Positions 26,536 to 35,624 of a stretch of 64,000 nucleotides of DNA are shown here, piece after piece. Position 1 is the first letter of the stretch. Each line of letters opens with the position of its first letter. Made by a program: the position numbers and the translations under genes. Source of the stretch: an uncultured virus (IMG/VR IMGVR_UViG_3300047094_002559) (lineage: Duplodnaviria > Heunggongvirae > Uroviricota > Caudoviricetes); the IMG/VR virus record IMGVR_UViG_3300047094_002559. One strand, given 5' to 3'. The notes beneath the pieces were generated by a model that was not told the DNA's origin, ran no database searches, and was given only the letters and a program-made list of their open reading frames with translations.

Positions 26536-28257
26536 TCACGGTACGATGTTCGGCGGTTCGGCGTCAGCATTGCCCTCGCGGATGCTGCGGTAATACCGCA
26601 TGACGTGCGGGTCCACCTTCGCCACGAAGTCGTCCTCGGCGAGTATCAAGCCCTCCGGCGACCGCAAGCGGGACAGTCCTACGTAGACGTGCCCGGATGC
26701 AAACGCGCGGGAAAGCGCCAGGATCGCGCTGTCCATCGAAAGGCCTTGCGATTTGTGGATTGTGATCGAGGTAGCCGGGATGAGCGGGAACTGCCGCACC
26801 GTCGGATACAGGCTAATCTCCGGCGGCAGCTTCGGGTTGTCGATGTTCATGCGCCATGAAGGCGGAACGACGATTAGTTCCCTCGGGTCCTGCTCGCGTG
26901 TTCGCGTGTAGTTGTGACGATATAATGCCACAAGCCGTTCCTCGTCCTCCGGCTTGCGCCCTGGGACACCGATGACGATGTTGTCCTCGTCGTAGCTCTC
27001 ACTGTCGCGCGGCAAAATGTTGATCTCGCGCACGAAGCCGCGCGTGCCGTTCACGAATCTGCCGTCGGGGTCGTTGACTGTGAACATCACAGGATACCCG
27101 ATGCGCACGAACGTCCGCTTGTCCAGCAGGCGTCGCTGCAACGCTTTAGTCAATTCATCCTTCACGCCTTCGACGTTCTTGGTCTCCCAGTCCTTCATCT
27201 GTTGCACCCCGGGCACGATGCAGAACTCTGCGTCGAGTGGTTGCGTGGGGGCCGGATAGTGTTCCAGCGCCTGCGCGTTGATCGCTTTCGCCTGTTTGTT
27301 GGTCGGCACCAGAAACGTGTAGAACCGCGTCTCCTCCAGCGTCATGTCCTTGCGCACAAACCTTCGCGCATACGCCCGGTCGTCCTGCGTCGTGATGCCC
27401 ACGCGAATGTTATTAAGGAACTCGACGAACCGATGATCGCCCTGCCGAAACACCTTCGTCAGCGCGATCGGTTTCACGCGTGCGTCGTCCCATGCGCGCG
27501 CCAGGAATGCCCAGTCGGGACGCTCATCGTTCATACCCTCCTCGACCGGAGGCAGCTGCGCGAAGTCGCCGATGAATACCATCTGCAGCCCGCCGAACGG
27601 CTGCTCGTTGCCGCGGATACGCTTCAGCATGAAGTCCAGGTAGCCGAGCATGGCAGCGCCGGAGAGCATGGAGACTTCGTCGAGCAGCAGCACCTCGTGA
27701 GCGCGCAGCCGCGCCAGCACGCCGTGGCGCATGAACGGCTTGATCTTCGGATCAGTCATCCAGCGCTCGTAGAACATCTCATACCACGCGTCCAACTCCT
27801 CCTTGCTCATGTCCGCCGCCCGCGGCACATCGGCGCCTGGCCGCACGTCCGCCAGGAACTCGCACATTTTCTTCGGGTAGCACGGCGGCCAGTCCGGCCC
27901 CAGGCCAATCCCGAAGAACGAGTGCATGGTCTTGCCGTCCAGATGGCTGCCGGCGATGCCGGTCGTAGCTGTGACTGACCAATGCATGTTGCGATAATCC
28001 AGCTCCGGCATCACCACAGCCTTCACGAACGTCGTCTTGCCGACGCCAGCACCTCCGGTGATCAGAACGTGCCGGTGCTCGGTGAAGATGGACACGAGAG
28101 CATCCAGATGTTCTTCCGTGCCCTCGAACCCCGGAGTGTTCTTCTCGTAGTATTTCAACCGGGCTGCGAGTTCGGCGCGCTCGATGCGTTTGCGACGATT
28201 CGGCGCCTCGGCGAACGGGTCTTCCGCCGTCTGTTTCAGGAATAGGCTCAGGTCCAT
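26536..28257 (-). CDS. PIF1/RecD-like SF1B helicase
   Basis: TGGAGVGKT, TATTGIA, LDEVSM, PFGGLQ..GDFAQLPP, VFRQ, NGTRG, TIHKSQG and YVGLSR. Confidence 0.93.
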   Translation of the reverse strand: MDLSLFLKQTAEDPFAEAPNRRKRIERAELAARLKYYEKNTPGFEGTEEHLDALVSIFTEHRHVLITGGAGVGKTTFVKAVVMPELDYRNMHWSVTATTGIAGSHLDGKTMHSFFGIGLGPDWPPCYPKKMCEFLADVRPGADVPRAADMSKEELDAWYEMFYERWMTDPKIKPFMRHGVLARLRAHEVLLLDEVSMLSGAAMLGYLDFMLKRIRGNEQPFGGLQMVFIGDFAQLPPVEEGMNDERPDWAFLARAWDDARVKPIALTKVFRQGDHRFVEFLNNIRVGITTQDDRAYARRFVRKDMTLEETRFYTFLVPTNKQAKAINAQALEHYPAPTQPLDAEFCIVPGVQQMKDWETKNVEGVKDELTKALQRRLLDKRTFVRIGYPVMFTVNDPDGRFVNGTRGFVREINILPRDSESYDEDNIVIGVPGRKPEDEERLVALYRHNYTRTREQDPRELIVVPPSWRMNIDNPKLPPEISLYPTVRQFPLIPATSITIHKSQGLSMDSAILALSRAFASGHVYVGLSRLRSPEGLILAEDDFVAKVDPHVMRYYRSIREGNADAEPPNIVP

Positions 28258-28920
28258 TTACTCGCCCTCCTTTTTGTCGGCGCGCGCCTGCGCTGCGGCG
28301 TCGGAATACGTCCCATCCTTGTAGCGGGCGTTCGGTCCTCGCTCAAGCTTCACGATGTTGAGTTCGCGCAAGCGGTCTTCGTCGATTTCCAGCAGCCCCG
28401 CCATCTCACGCACGACCCAGCAATCCTGCAGCAGCAGATCCCTGAGTTTGTCCCGGTCCAAATCTTTGCGATAGAACACGTGCTTCTTGATGACGTCCAG
28501 GATGTGGCCCGCCAATACGGAGTGCATGCTGATGAGGTTGCAGAGAGCGTCATCCGGATACGGGCACGAAGGCGGACCCCACGGCATCGCCCACGACGCC
28601 GGCATTGACAACTCGGCATCGCCTAGCTGCACAAAACCCGCGGCGATTCGCAACGCGCCCTCGTAGAACAGATGGTCGCCCAGCTCCTCGATAATGTTTT
28701 CGGCATCCAACTTCGGATGCAAGATCGACGACAACTTGAAGCCGGACATTCTGACTCCGATCGCCGCTTTTTCAAGTTCCGCCGCTTCGGTGGCGATGCC
28801 TACGGCGGCGTGCAGCATCGAGAGTGCGTCTGCGGTGATCCCCGTGATGATCTGATCGCCGCCCTTGAAGAGGCGCGCGATCAGGTCGAGGTGTGCGGGT
28901 GGAATAGTGAGTGGGTTCAT
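28258..28920 (-). CDS. MazG-like nucleotide pyrophosphohydrolase with a duplicated helical unit
   Basis: LHAAVGIATEAAEL...NIIEELGDHLFY; second degenerate unit AGHILDVIKKHVFY...NIVKL..RY. Confidence 0.75.
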   Translation of the reverse strand: MNPLTIPPAHLDLIARLFKGGDQIITGITADALSMLHAAVGIATEAAELEKAAIGVRMSGFKLSSILHPKLDAENIIEELGDHLFYEGALRIAAGFVQLGDAELSMPASWAMPWGPPSCPYPDDALCNLISMHSVLAGHILDVIKKHVFYRKDLDRDKLRDLLLQDCWVVREMAGLLEIDEDRLRELNIVKLERGPNARYKDGTYSDAAAQARADKKEGE

Positions 28921-29705
28921 CGTTTGAGTGTAGTGGATTTGTTCTTGTTGTAGGAGAACTGGACGTTCTCCCGCTTGAGCCGTTTGATCGCGTCCGAGCC
29001 TGTCGAGCCAGCTTTCTGCGCGCCGTGAAGAAGTAACGCGAAGTCATGTCCGTCGTCCGCCCTCGCGTGACTGTCGTCGTGGTCAATCTCCAGCCCGAGC
29101 CGCTCGGCCTCATCCGGGTGGAAGACTATCCGGGCGCTGCGCAGCTTGTTCGGTTCGATCAGGCTGTCCCACTTTCCTCCCCATGAAGCAGTCAGCACGA
29201 AGTTCTTCGGTACCTTCTTGCGGTGGGCGATCCAGATCGGAAGGCTTTTGGTGTAGGCATAGAACCACCGGTTCGGGTTGCTGCGCGCCGCCGCCATCCA
29301 GGCCAGAAAATAATCCTGGTGGTAGAAATCCCCGTCCACGTGCACCCGCACGTTGTGCAGCCATGCCGCGGGCAGGGACAGGTCGATGATGTTCGTCATC
29401 CGTTCCGTGGTGCGCGCCTCCTGTAGGATGGCCAGATTGCGATCCACAGACGCGCGCAGCGTCGGTGTGTAAGCCTCCATCGAGGCGGCGAAGCAGCGAT
29501 GCTCTGACTTCGGTCCGTCGACGAGTCGTTTTTCCTTGCGGTCGAACCACGCCAGACACTTCTCGGCGCCTGGGCATGTGTAGCCGGCCGGCAGTGAGAA
29601 GGTGGCAGTGCCTTCGATTTTTGCGTTGCCGATACCGAAGAAGAGCGTGCGACGCTCTTCAGGATACGGAGGCTTGAGTTTATTGAATGGTGAGTAGGTA
29701 GACAT
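28917..29705 (-). CDS. GP88-like phage protein
   Basis: FSLPAGYTCPGA..C, CFA, VRVHVDGDFY and FYAYTKS motifs. Confidence 0.7.
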   Translation of the reverse strand: MSTYSPFNKLKPPYPEERRTLFFGIGNAKIEGTATFSLPAGYTCPGAEKCLAWFDRKEKRLVDGPKSEHRCFAASMEAYTPTLRASVDRNLAILQEARTTERMTNIIDLSLPAAWLHNVRVHVDGDFYHQDYFLAWMAAARSNPNRWFYAYTKSLPIWIAHRKKVPKNFVLTASWGGKWDSLIEPNKLRSARIVFHPDEAERLGLEIDHDDSHARADDGHDFALLLHGAQKAGSTGSDAIKRLKRENVQFSYNKNKSTTLKR

Positions 29706-31174
29706 TAAAGGCTGCGTTTTAAGCGCTTGAGCGCTCGGTTAAAGATCCTCTGGTATTCTTCTGGCGTCAGGTCGCCCAGGTCCTTCCCTGCTGGGAGTTC
29801 CAGTTTGGCGAGCGCCAGCATGATCTGCTCCTTGTGCTGCGTGGACCGCAACAGCTTGGCAATCTTCTCCGTCGCCTCGCGGCCAGCGACGTCGTCGTCG
29901 AACGCCAAGAACACCAGGTGAAAGTGTCTTACCACCTTTGCGGCGTTCTCCAGGCTGATGGACGAGCCGGTGACGGGGAGGACACCGGGGCCTCCGCGCC
30001 CGCCGTCCAGTGGTCCTTCGGTGAGCACCGCCCACTTGAGATCGTCCGGATCGCTCTTCGCGCGCGCGATCGCCGCGTCCCACCCCATCAGCTGCCGCTG
30101 TGAGTATTTCGCGGTGCGATACTTCGACGGTCGGAACTTGAGCGTGCCGTCCTTGATTTCGTCGTATGGCGGCATCGGCTGCCACGCCGCGCTGGGGTTC
30201 GCGCGAGTGTGCGTGTGGCTCCAGACGCACAGCCAGTAGCCGCCGCGCTGCTCGTCTCGCACCATCCGCATCTGGTCTCCCGGCCCGCCCGACTTGAACG
30301 ATGCCCTGTGCGATCTGGCGATCGTCGATAAGTCGAACCCGCGGTAGAAGCCGCCGCCGTATGGATGCAGCATGTAGCGGTTGAGGCCATCCTCGGACTC
30401 CCGCTCGATGACACGCGCCTGCCAGCCCAAGGGTATGCCGTCCACCGTCGCCTTGAAGATGATGCGGTGCTGCGGCGTGTCCTTCCAGCCGCCTGGCATC
30501 TTCCGGTAGAATATCTGCTTCTCGCCGTAGGGATATTCCTTCACGCAAAACCCAACGTCGAACTGCTGCACGAGCGCCTTGATGTCGTAGCGCCGGTTGA
30601 CCAGATACCGGACTGCCGGATGCTCAGCAGGCAGCGTGTCCAACCCCACCACCTCGCCGGGCGGCGGAGGGGCCAGTTCGCCGCTCTTCGGATCCTTCTC
30701 CCACATCTCCTTGATATCGTCCGCGACGGCCCCGCCGCGCATGTCTGCGCGCGTGGCGATGTCGGGGAATCGTTCGGAAACGGTTCCCATGTTCAGCAGG
30801 TCATCCAGCGGGATCATGTGCGGTTGCCGCGATGACCGCGTGCGCATGCAGATGCCGGCGCCGTATTCCTGCTTCTTCCGCAGTTCCTCGCGTTCCTCGA
30901 ACATCCTGGGGCGCCAGGCTTGCCCGGCGGTGGTGTCCCGGAAGTCGCCAAGGCCGGCGAGCACGCTCAGGTTGATCGCATATTTCGGATCGTCCAGCTC
31001 GCGCCGTCCGTGGTCCTCCAGGCACTTCGGACACGGGATGTAGAGGTGGTAGCCGCTGACTTCGCGCGCAAGTACCGTGGGGCACCCTTGCAACTCCGTG
31101 ATCCTCTGCGCCCATTTTCGAACCTCCTCCGGCGCGTGCGCCGCGCTGTCGTTCGTGTGAATTTCGCTACTCAT
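29705..31174 (-). CDS. DnaG-like (TOPRIM) DNA primase
   Basis: N-terminal CPKC; YLVNRR; GWQAR; VLTEGPLD; AFDDDVAG; KDLGD. Confidence 0.85.
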   Translation of the reverse strand: MSSEIHTNDSAAHAPEEVRKWAQRITELQGCPTVLAREVSGYHLYIPCPKCLEDHGRRELDDPKYAINLSVLAGLGDFRDTTAGQAWRPRMFEEREELRKKQEYGAGICMRTRSSRQPHMIPLDDLLNMGTVSERFPDIATRADMRGGAVADDIKEMWEKDPKSGELAPPPPGEVVGLDTLPAEHPAVRYLVNRRYDIKALVQQFDVGFCVKEYPYGEKQIFYRKMPGGWKDTPQHRIIFKATVDGIPLGWQARVIERESEDGLNRYMLHPYGGGFYRGFDLSTIARSHRASFKSGGPGDQMRMVRDEQRGGYWLCVWSHTHTRANPSAAWQPMPPYDEIKDGTLKFRPSKYRTAKYSQRQLMGWDAAIARAKSDPDDLKWAVLTEGPLDGGRGGPGVLPVTGSSISLENAAKVVRHFHLVFLAFDDDVAGREATEKIAKLLRSTQHKEQIMLALAKLELPAGKDLGDLTPEEYQRIFNRALKRLKRSL

Positions 31175-31184
31175 GTTGTGGTTA

Positions 31185-32969
31185 TCACGCCGGCACGACG
31201 GCCGGCACGTCTTGTAGGTGTCCCCAGTAGGCGGCGAGCTTCAGCTTGCCGGCCCTGTTCCAGTCGCAGAAATCCTCGCCGTTCGGCTTGTGCTTGACCC
31301 ACAGATTGATGCCGTCCTTATCGATCGGAGCATCATCGTCATCGGCAATAATCGGCGGCTCGGGAATGCCCACCGCCCCGCCGCGCAGCAGGAGCGAGTC
31401 TGGAAACATGTCGAGCAGCTTCGGCAGCACCCTGCGCTCCAGCTTCGACATGCGGGTGAGCGACACGACTGGCAGGAAATGCACCGCGTAAATCGCGTCC
31501 GCCTTGTGCCCCAGCGTAACCATCATCTGCAAGGCTTCGCTGTCGTGGAACGCCTCGGGGTGCTCCGCGAAGTCAGCCCGGGCCTCCTCGAACTCGTCGA
31601 GCGCGTCCTGCAGATCGATCGCCGGCGCCCGGTTCGGCAACGTGTAGGCCCGCGTCGTCCTGCCCATCTGGCATTCCTCGGTGCCGCACAGCTCCGCCAG
31701 GTCGCCGCGCGCCACCAGCTCGTCCAGCAGCGCCAGCGTGACGCCGGGGATGTCCCTGCGGACCTGTGTGCGCGGTACGCGCCTGTGCGTGGATTTCTCA
31801 ATCGCTTCCTCCATCGCCCGCTTGGCCACGGTGAGCCGGGGCGCTGTCACGAAGATGTCCCGCGGATGCCTGAGGTTGAGAATCCGCTTCTCGAACCCTG
31901 CCTGCCCGCTGGCCATACGGTAAATGTAGCGAGCCATCCCCTGCGCAAACTCCAGCGACTTCGCGTCCAGCTCCACATCGCGCAACGGACCGTCCCGGTT
32001 GGTCTGTGCGGCCTCCAGGAATGAATTGACCATGGCCGCGCGCGCGGCGAACAGGATGGCGTTCTCCGGCGACGTCGGCGAAGTTTCCGCCAGCTTCACC
32101 TGCCACGCCGGCACCTCGGGAACGTCCAGCAGATGCGACAGCTGCCAGTTGAGAAACTTGCGCCAGCCCGCAGCAGCGTCGGCCGCGAAGCGAACCTTCA
32201 CCCGCTTCTCCTCCGGCTTGTCGCCGAGCGCGAACACCCGACGTGCCAGCGAATACAGCACGTCCGCGCTGGTGCCGCTGAAGACGCCGGGGCGTCCGGG
32301 AATGACGATGGTCGTGCCGATACCAACCTGTCCGGATGCGGTGGTCTTCACCCGCTCCAGCAATGTCGTCAGATGCTGCTCCTTGCAGCTGCAGAAGAAG
32401 TTGAACGCCGGACAGACGCCGGTCAGCGAGTGGATGAGCGCGCCACCAGTCGCGCCGGCCCGGATGAATGTCTCGTCGGTCGTGCCTTCCATCAGCGTCG
32501 TCCATCCGAGGTCACCGGCCAGATTCCGCGGATTGCTGAGATGCGCGCCGAGCCGGGCGCCGACTGGATCGACGTAAGTGAACGCTCCGTAGTAGTGCGT
32601 CTTGAGCAGCTCGATGATCGTGGACTTCTGAGTCTGATCCTCCTTCCACGCGATGTGCGCTCGCATCGCAATTTTGTCCTTCAGCTCCTTGAGCTTTGCC
32701 TTGTTCATGCCGGTCGCACTCGCGAGTTGTTCCGGCTGCTGTTCTGCTGCCTCGACTGCGCGCCGGTCTGCGGCTGTGGCGTCGTCGTGGAAGCGCTTGA
32801 ACATGACCTCCGCGTTCGCCAGGTTGACCAGCGCCATGCTGGGCAGCGCTGACGTGAACACCATTCCCCGGGTCAGCGGAAATGGCGAGCTGTAGCCGCG
32901 CCCCAACGTCGCATGGTAGAGCAGCAGCTCTGCGAGCATGGAAGCCCGGGGTTCAGTGGTGGATTGCAT
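31185..32969 (-). CDS. Large hypothetical protein next to the primase and the palindromic region
   Basis: 595-codon ORF from ATG 32969; no motif confidently recognised. Confidence 0.75.
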   Translation of the reverse strand: MQSTTEPRASMLAELLLYHATLGRGYSSPFPLTRGMVFTSALPSMALVNLANAEVMFKRFHDDATAADRRAVEAAEQQPEQLASATGMNKAKLKELKDKIAMRAHIAWKEDQTQKSTIIELLKTHYYGAFTYVDPVGARLGAHLSNPRNLAGDLGWTTLMEGTTDETFIRAGATGGALIHSLTGVCPAFNFFCSCKEQHLTTLLERVKTTASGQVGIGTTIVIPGRPGVFSGTSADVLYSLARRVFALGDKPEEKRVKVRFAADAAAGWRKFLNWQLSHLLDVPEVPAWQVKLAETSPTSPENAILFAARAAMVNSFLEAAQTNRDGPLRDVELDAKSLEFAQGMARYIYRMASGQAGFEKRILNLRHPRDIFVTAPRLTVAKRAMEEAIEKSTHRRVPRTQVRRDIPGVTLALLDELVARGDLAELCGTEECQMGRTTRAYTLPNRAPAIDLQDALDEFEEARADFAEHPEAFHDSEALQMMVTLGHKADAIYAVHFLPVVSLTRMSKLERRVLPKLLDMFPDSLLLRGGAVGIPEPPIIADDDDAPIDKDGINLWVKHKPNGEDFCDWNRAGKLKLAAYWGHLQDVPAVVPA

Positions 32970-33125
32970 AGTGTCGCATTGTGTTGATTCGTGATCGCCC
33001 CGCAGCAGCCAAGCCGGGGGCGACGTTGTATGGTTAGACTCTCCGCGGAAGCTCGTCAACTGCTTATTTCAAAGTCTTGAACGAATTTTTATTGACCGGG
33101 AAGTGTGCGCAACGCTGCAGCACGT

Positions 33126-33385
33126 ACAAAGCCAAAGCCAATCTCGAGATTGCTAGTGCTTTGTACGTGCTTTGATTTGATAATCACCCGGGTGTCAACG
33201 ACTTACGTCAAATCCAATCTGGAAAAGGCCTTTTCTATATAACGCGCGCGCGTTTTATTCCGGACCTCTTATATAAGAAGCGTCTTTTCCAGATTGGATT
33301 TGACGTAAGTGCCTGATGTTGTTTGTTTAATCAAATCAAAGCACGTACAAAGCACTAGCAATCTCGAGATTGGCTTTGGCTTTGT
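33126..33385. repeat. 260-bp nested inverted repeat in an AT-rich non-coding gap (candidate origin or telomere-like site)
   Basis: Perfect 56-bp arms 33126-33181/33330-33385 and perfect 27-bp inner arms 33201-33227/33284-33310 share one symmetry centre. Confidence 0.95.
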
Positions 33386-33466
33386 TTTCGAGATTGGCTT
33401 TGTATTCTGCCCGGTTTTTCCAGATGTGCTATTTTAGCAGACTAGACTATCGGGACAACTCGACGA

Positions 33467-33769
33467 TTACGGCAGCCGCATCAAGATTCGCTCACGCCGT
33501 TCCATGTACACGACGCCGATGACGTAGCTGCCGCCTTCCTCGATTGCGATGCGCCACCCCTCGTCGGGATTCCCGGGGATGCCTTGTGCACGCAGCAACG
33601 CGTCCGCTTCCTCGTAGGTGCAGAGTCTCAGCTCGAGTCGTCGGTATCGTTTGAAGATTCGGTAGTAGAGGCTTTTCAACGCTCGGAGCAGCAGCTGAAA
33701 ACCAGACGCCGGTCTGGTTTTCAGTCTCCTCGATTTGAGTGCGTCATGCTGTGGTGTTTTCTGTATCAT
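33467..33769 (-). CDS. Hypothetical protein (100 aa)
   Basis: ATG at 33769 (MIQKTPQH). Confidence 0.55.
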   Translation of the reverse strand: MIQKTPQHDALKSRRLKTRPASGFQLLLRALKSLYYRIFKRYRRLELRLCTYEEADALLRAQGIPGNPDEGWRIAIEEGGSYVIGVVYMERRERILMRLP

Positions 33770-33854
33770 AGGTGATTGTGTTTGACACTGTGCGCTGTTG
33801 CGATATTTTTCCCGCGTCGAGATGCTCGTCGCATTGTATCTCAACAGCCAGCGT

Positions 33855-33888
33855 AACGCCGGCCCTCACGGGCCGGCGTTTTCGTTTT
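33855..33888 (+). terminator. Intrinsic terminator upstream of the + strand gene
   Basis: AACGCCGGCCC/GGGCCGGCGTT stem followed by TTCGTTTT. Confidence 0.65.
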
Positions 33889-33906
33889 GTGCGACAGAGA
33901 TGAGTC

Positions 33907-33935
33907 TTGCACCCCGGAGAGTTTTCGCCTACATT
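33907..33935 (+). promoter_or_regulatory. Sigma70-like promoter
   Basis: TTGCAC-N17-TACATT, ~50 bp before ATG 33985. Confidence 0.5.
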
Positions 33936-33984
33936 TGATCCTCTGTAAATCCCACGCAACAAAAACCATCAACTACCCACTACC

Positions 33985-35127
33985 ATGACTGTCCGAGTTC
34001 CCACTACCAATCTCAGCGGCAACGACGGCCGCGCAGGCTTCCGCGACGTCGACTTTAAGACGGCAGATGACCTTGTCGTTACGTTTCCCAAAGTCGGGAA
34101 GCGCTACCGCATCAAATCCATCTCGATCATCTCCAAGACGGTCTCAGTGCTGACCAACGGCGCGACCGTGGTGGCGAACGAAGCGACCACCAGCGTCGAC
34201 ACGGACGCGCAAGTCACGCTGACCAGCAACGCTACCGCGCCGACGAACGGCGAGACGGTCACGCTGGGCAACAAGACCTACACCCTGAAGGATTTCGTGA
34301 AAGCATCCGGGACGCTGACGTCGGACGGCACGGCCCCTTCGGACGGTGACACTGTCACCATCGGGAACAAGACCTACACGTTCAAGACGACCCTGACGCC
34401 CACGGAAGGCCAGGTGTTGATCGGCGTCTCCGCTGCGGTGGCCCTGGACAATCTCAAGGCGGCCGTCAACCACACCGGGACTCCTGACACGGACTACAAG
34501 TGCGCGGCGGCCCACACGCAAGTCGAGGCCACCACGAACACGAACACGACCCAGCTATTCGTGGCTCTGGACGCTGGCACCGCTGGTAACGCTCTCGTCA
34601 CCACGGAGGCGGGCACGCATACGTCCTTCGGCGCGGCCACGCTCGCCGGCGGCACCGACCCGACCGTCGAGGGCGAAGTGAAGATCGGCGTCTCTGCTGC
34701 CACCTGCCTCGACAACCTCAAGGCCGCGGTCAACAAGGACGCCGGCCACGGCACCCTCTACTTCGCTGCGGCGGCCCACACGCAGTTCACGGCGACGACC
34801 AACTCGGACACCACGCAGCTGTTCGTGGCCAGCGTGGGTGCATACACCGGCGCAGGCGGCAACGGTCTCACCGTGTCGGACACCTCGTCCACCCTGACCT
34901 GGAGCGTGGCGACACTCGCTGGCGGTCTGGATGGCATCCTCGTCAACGAGATGGTCGACAGCACCAACCTCGCGGACACCGACGAGGACGGACTCATTCA
35001 GAACCTCACCCTTCGCTCCGACGCAGAGGTCATCACCGGCGGCAACTCGCTCATCCTGTCCATCCGCGGCGGATCCACTGCGACCACGGACGTGAAGGAC
35101 GTGGACATCGAATACAGCGTCATCTAG
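33985..35127 (+). CDS. Thr/Ala/Gly-rich virion surface or decoration-type protein with a self-nested repeat domain
   Basis: Two copies of a GxTVTxGNKTYT...IGVSAA..LDNLKAAVN...TLAGG module; strongly biased codons; own promoter and terminator. Confidence 0.7.
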   Translation: MTVRVPTTNLSGNDGRAGFRDVDFKTADDLVVTFPKVGKRYRIKSISIISKTVSVLTNGATVVANEATTSVDTDAQVTLTSNATAPTNGETVTLGNKTYTLKDFVKASGTLTSDGTAPSDGDTVTIGNKTYTFKTTLTPTEGQVLIGVSAAVALDNLKAAVNHTGTPDTDYKCAAAHTQVEATTNTNTTQLFVALDAGTAGNALVTTEAGTHTSFGAATLAGGTDPTVEGEVKIGVSAATCLDNLKAAVNKDAGHGTLYFAAAAHTQFTATTNSDTTQLFVASVGAYTGAGGNGLTVSDTSSTLTWSVATLAGGLDGILVNEMVDSTNLADTDEDGLIQNLTLRSDAEVITGGNSLILSIRGGSTATTDVKDVDIEYSVI

Positions 35128-35147
35128 TCCAGCAGGCTGAAACATTC

Positions 35148-35190
35148 AAGGCGCCGGTCTCTCGCGAGACCGGCGCCTTTTGTTTCTACG
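35148..35190 (+). terminator. Intrinsic terminator
   Basis: AAGGCGCCGGTCT/AGACCGGCGCCTT stem followed by TTGTTT. Confidence 0.85.
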
Positions 35191-35216
35191 CGATAGTGTC
35201 AACCGATCGGGGCTCG

Positions 35217-35624
35217 TTATTTGCTTCCTCCCCAGATTCCGTCCCCTGCTAGCCTTCTATCCCGGTCTGCGTGCACTTCGTGTAAGTGCAACTTCCTCCG
35301 TATCTCGTCGCGCTCCGCGAACTTCGATGAGTAAGGGCGCTTGCCTTTGAGCGCGACAGAGAGCTGCCGGTTGAGTTCGTCGAGCGCGACATCGCCCTCA
35401 CGTTCAGCGGTCTGCACGTAATCCAGCATCCCGTCCACCTGCGGCAGGATTGCCAAGATCAGCTTGTCCCGGGTGCGCCAGTCGTCCGGATCCATTCCGA
35501 GCGCAAGCATCGCAGTGACGGCGATCGCGCTCGAGGCAGAGACGCCTTCTTCGTTGTCGAGTCGCCACACGCTACCTGACTTGCCTCGCCGAACTGCGAA
35601 GGGATTGGTTTTTGGTTTGCTCAT
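35217..35624 (-). CDS. Hypothetical protein (MSKPKTNPF...)
   Basis: ATGA overlap with the helicase stop. Confidence 0.65.
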   Translation of the reverse strand: MSKPKTNPFAVRRGKSGSVWRLDNEEGVSASSAIAVTAMLALGMDPDDWRTRDKLILAILPQVDGMLDYVQTAEREGDVALDELNRQLSVALKGKRPYSSKFAERDEIRRKLHLHEVHADRDRRLAGDGIWGGSK

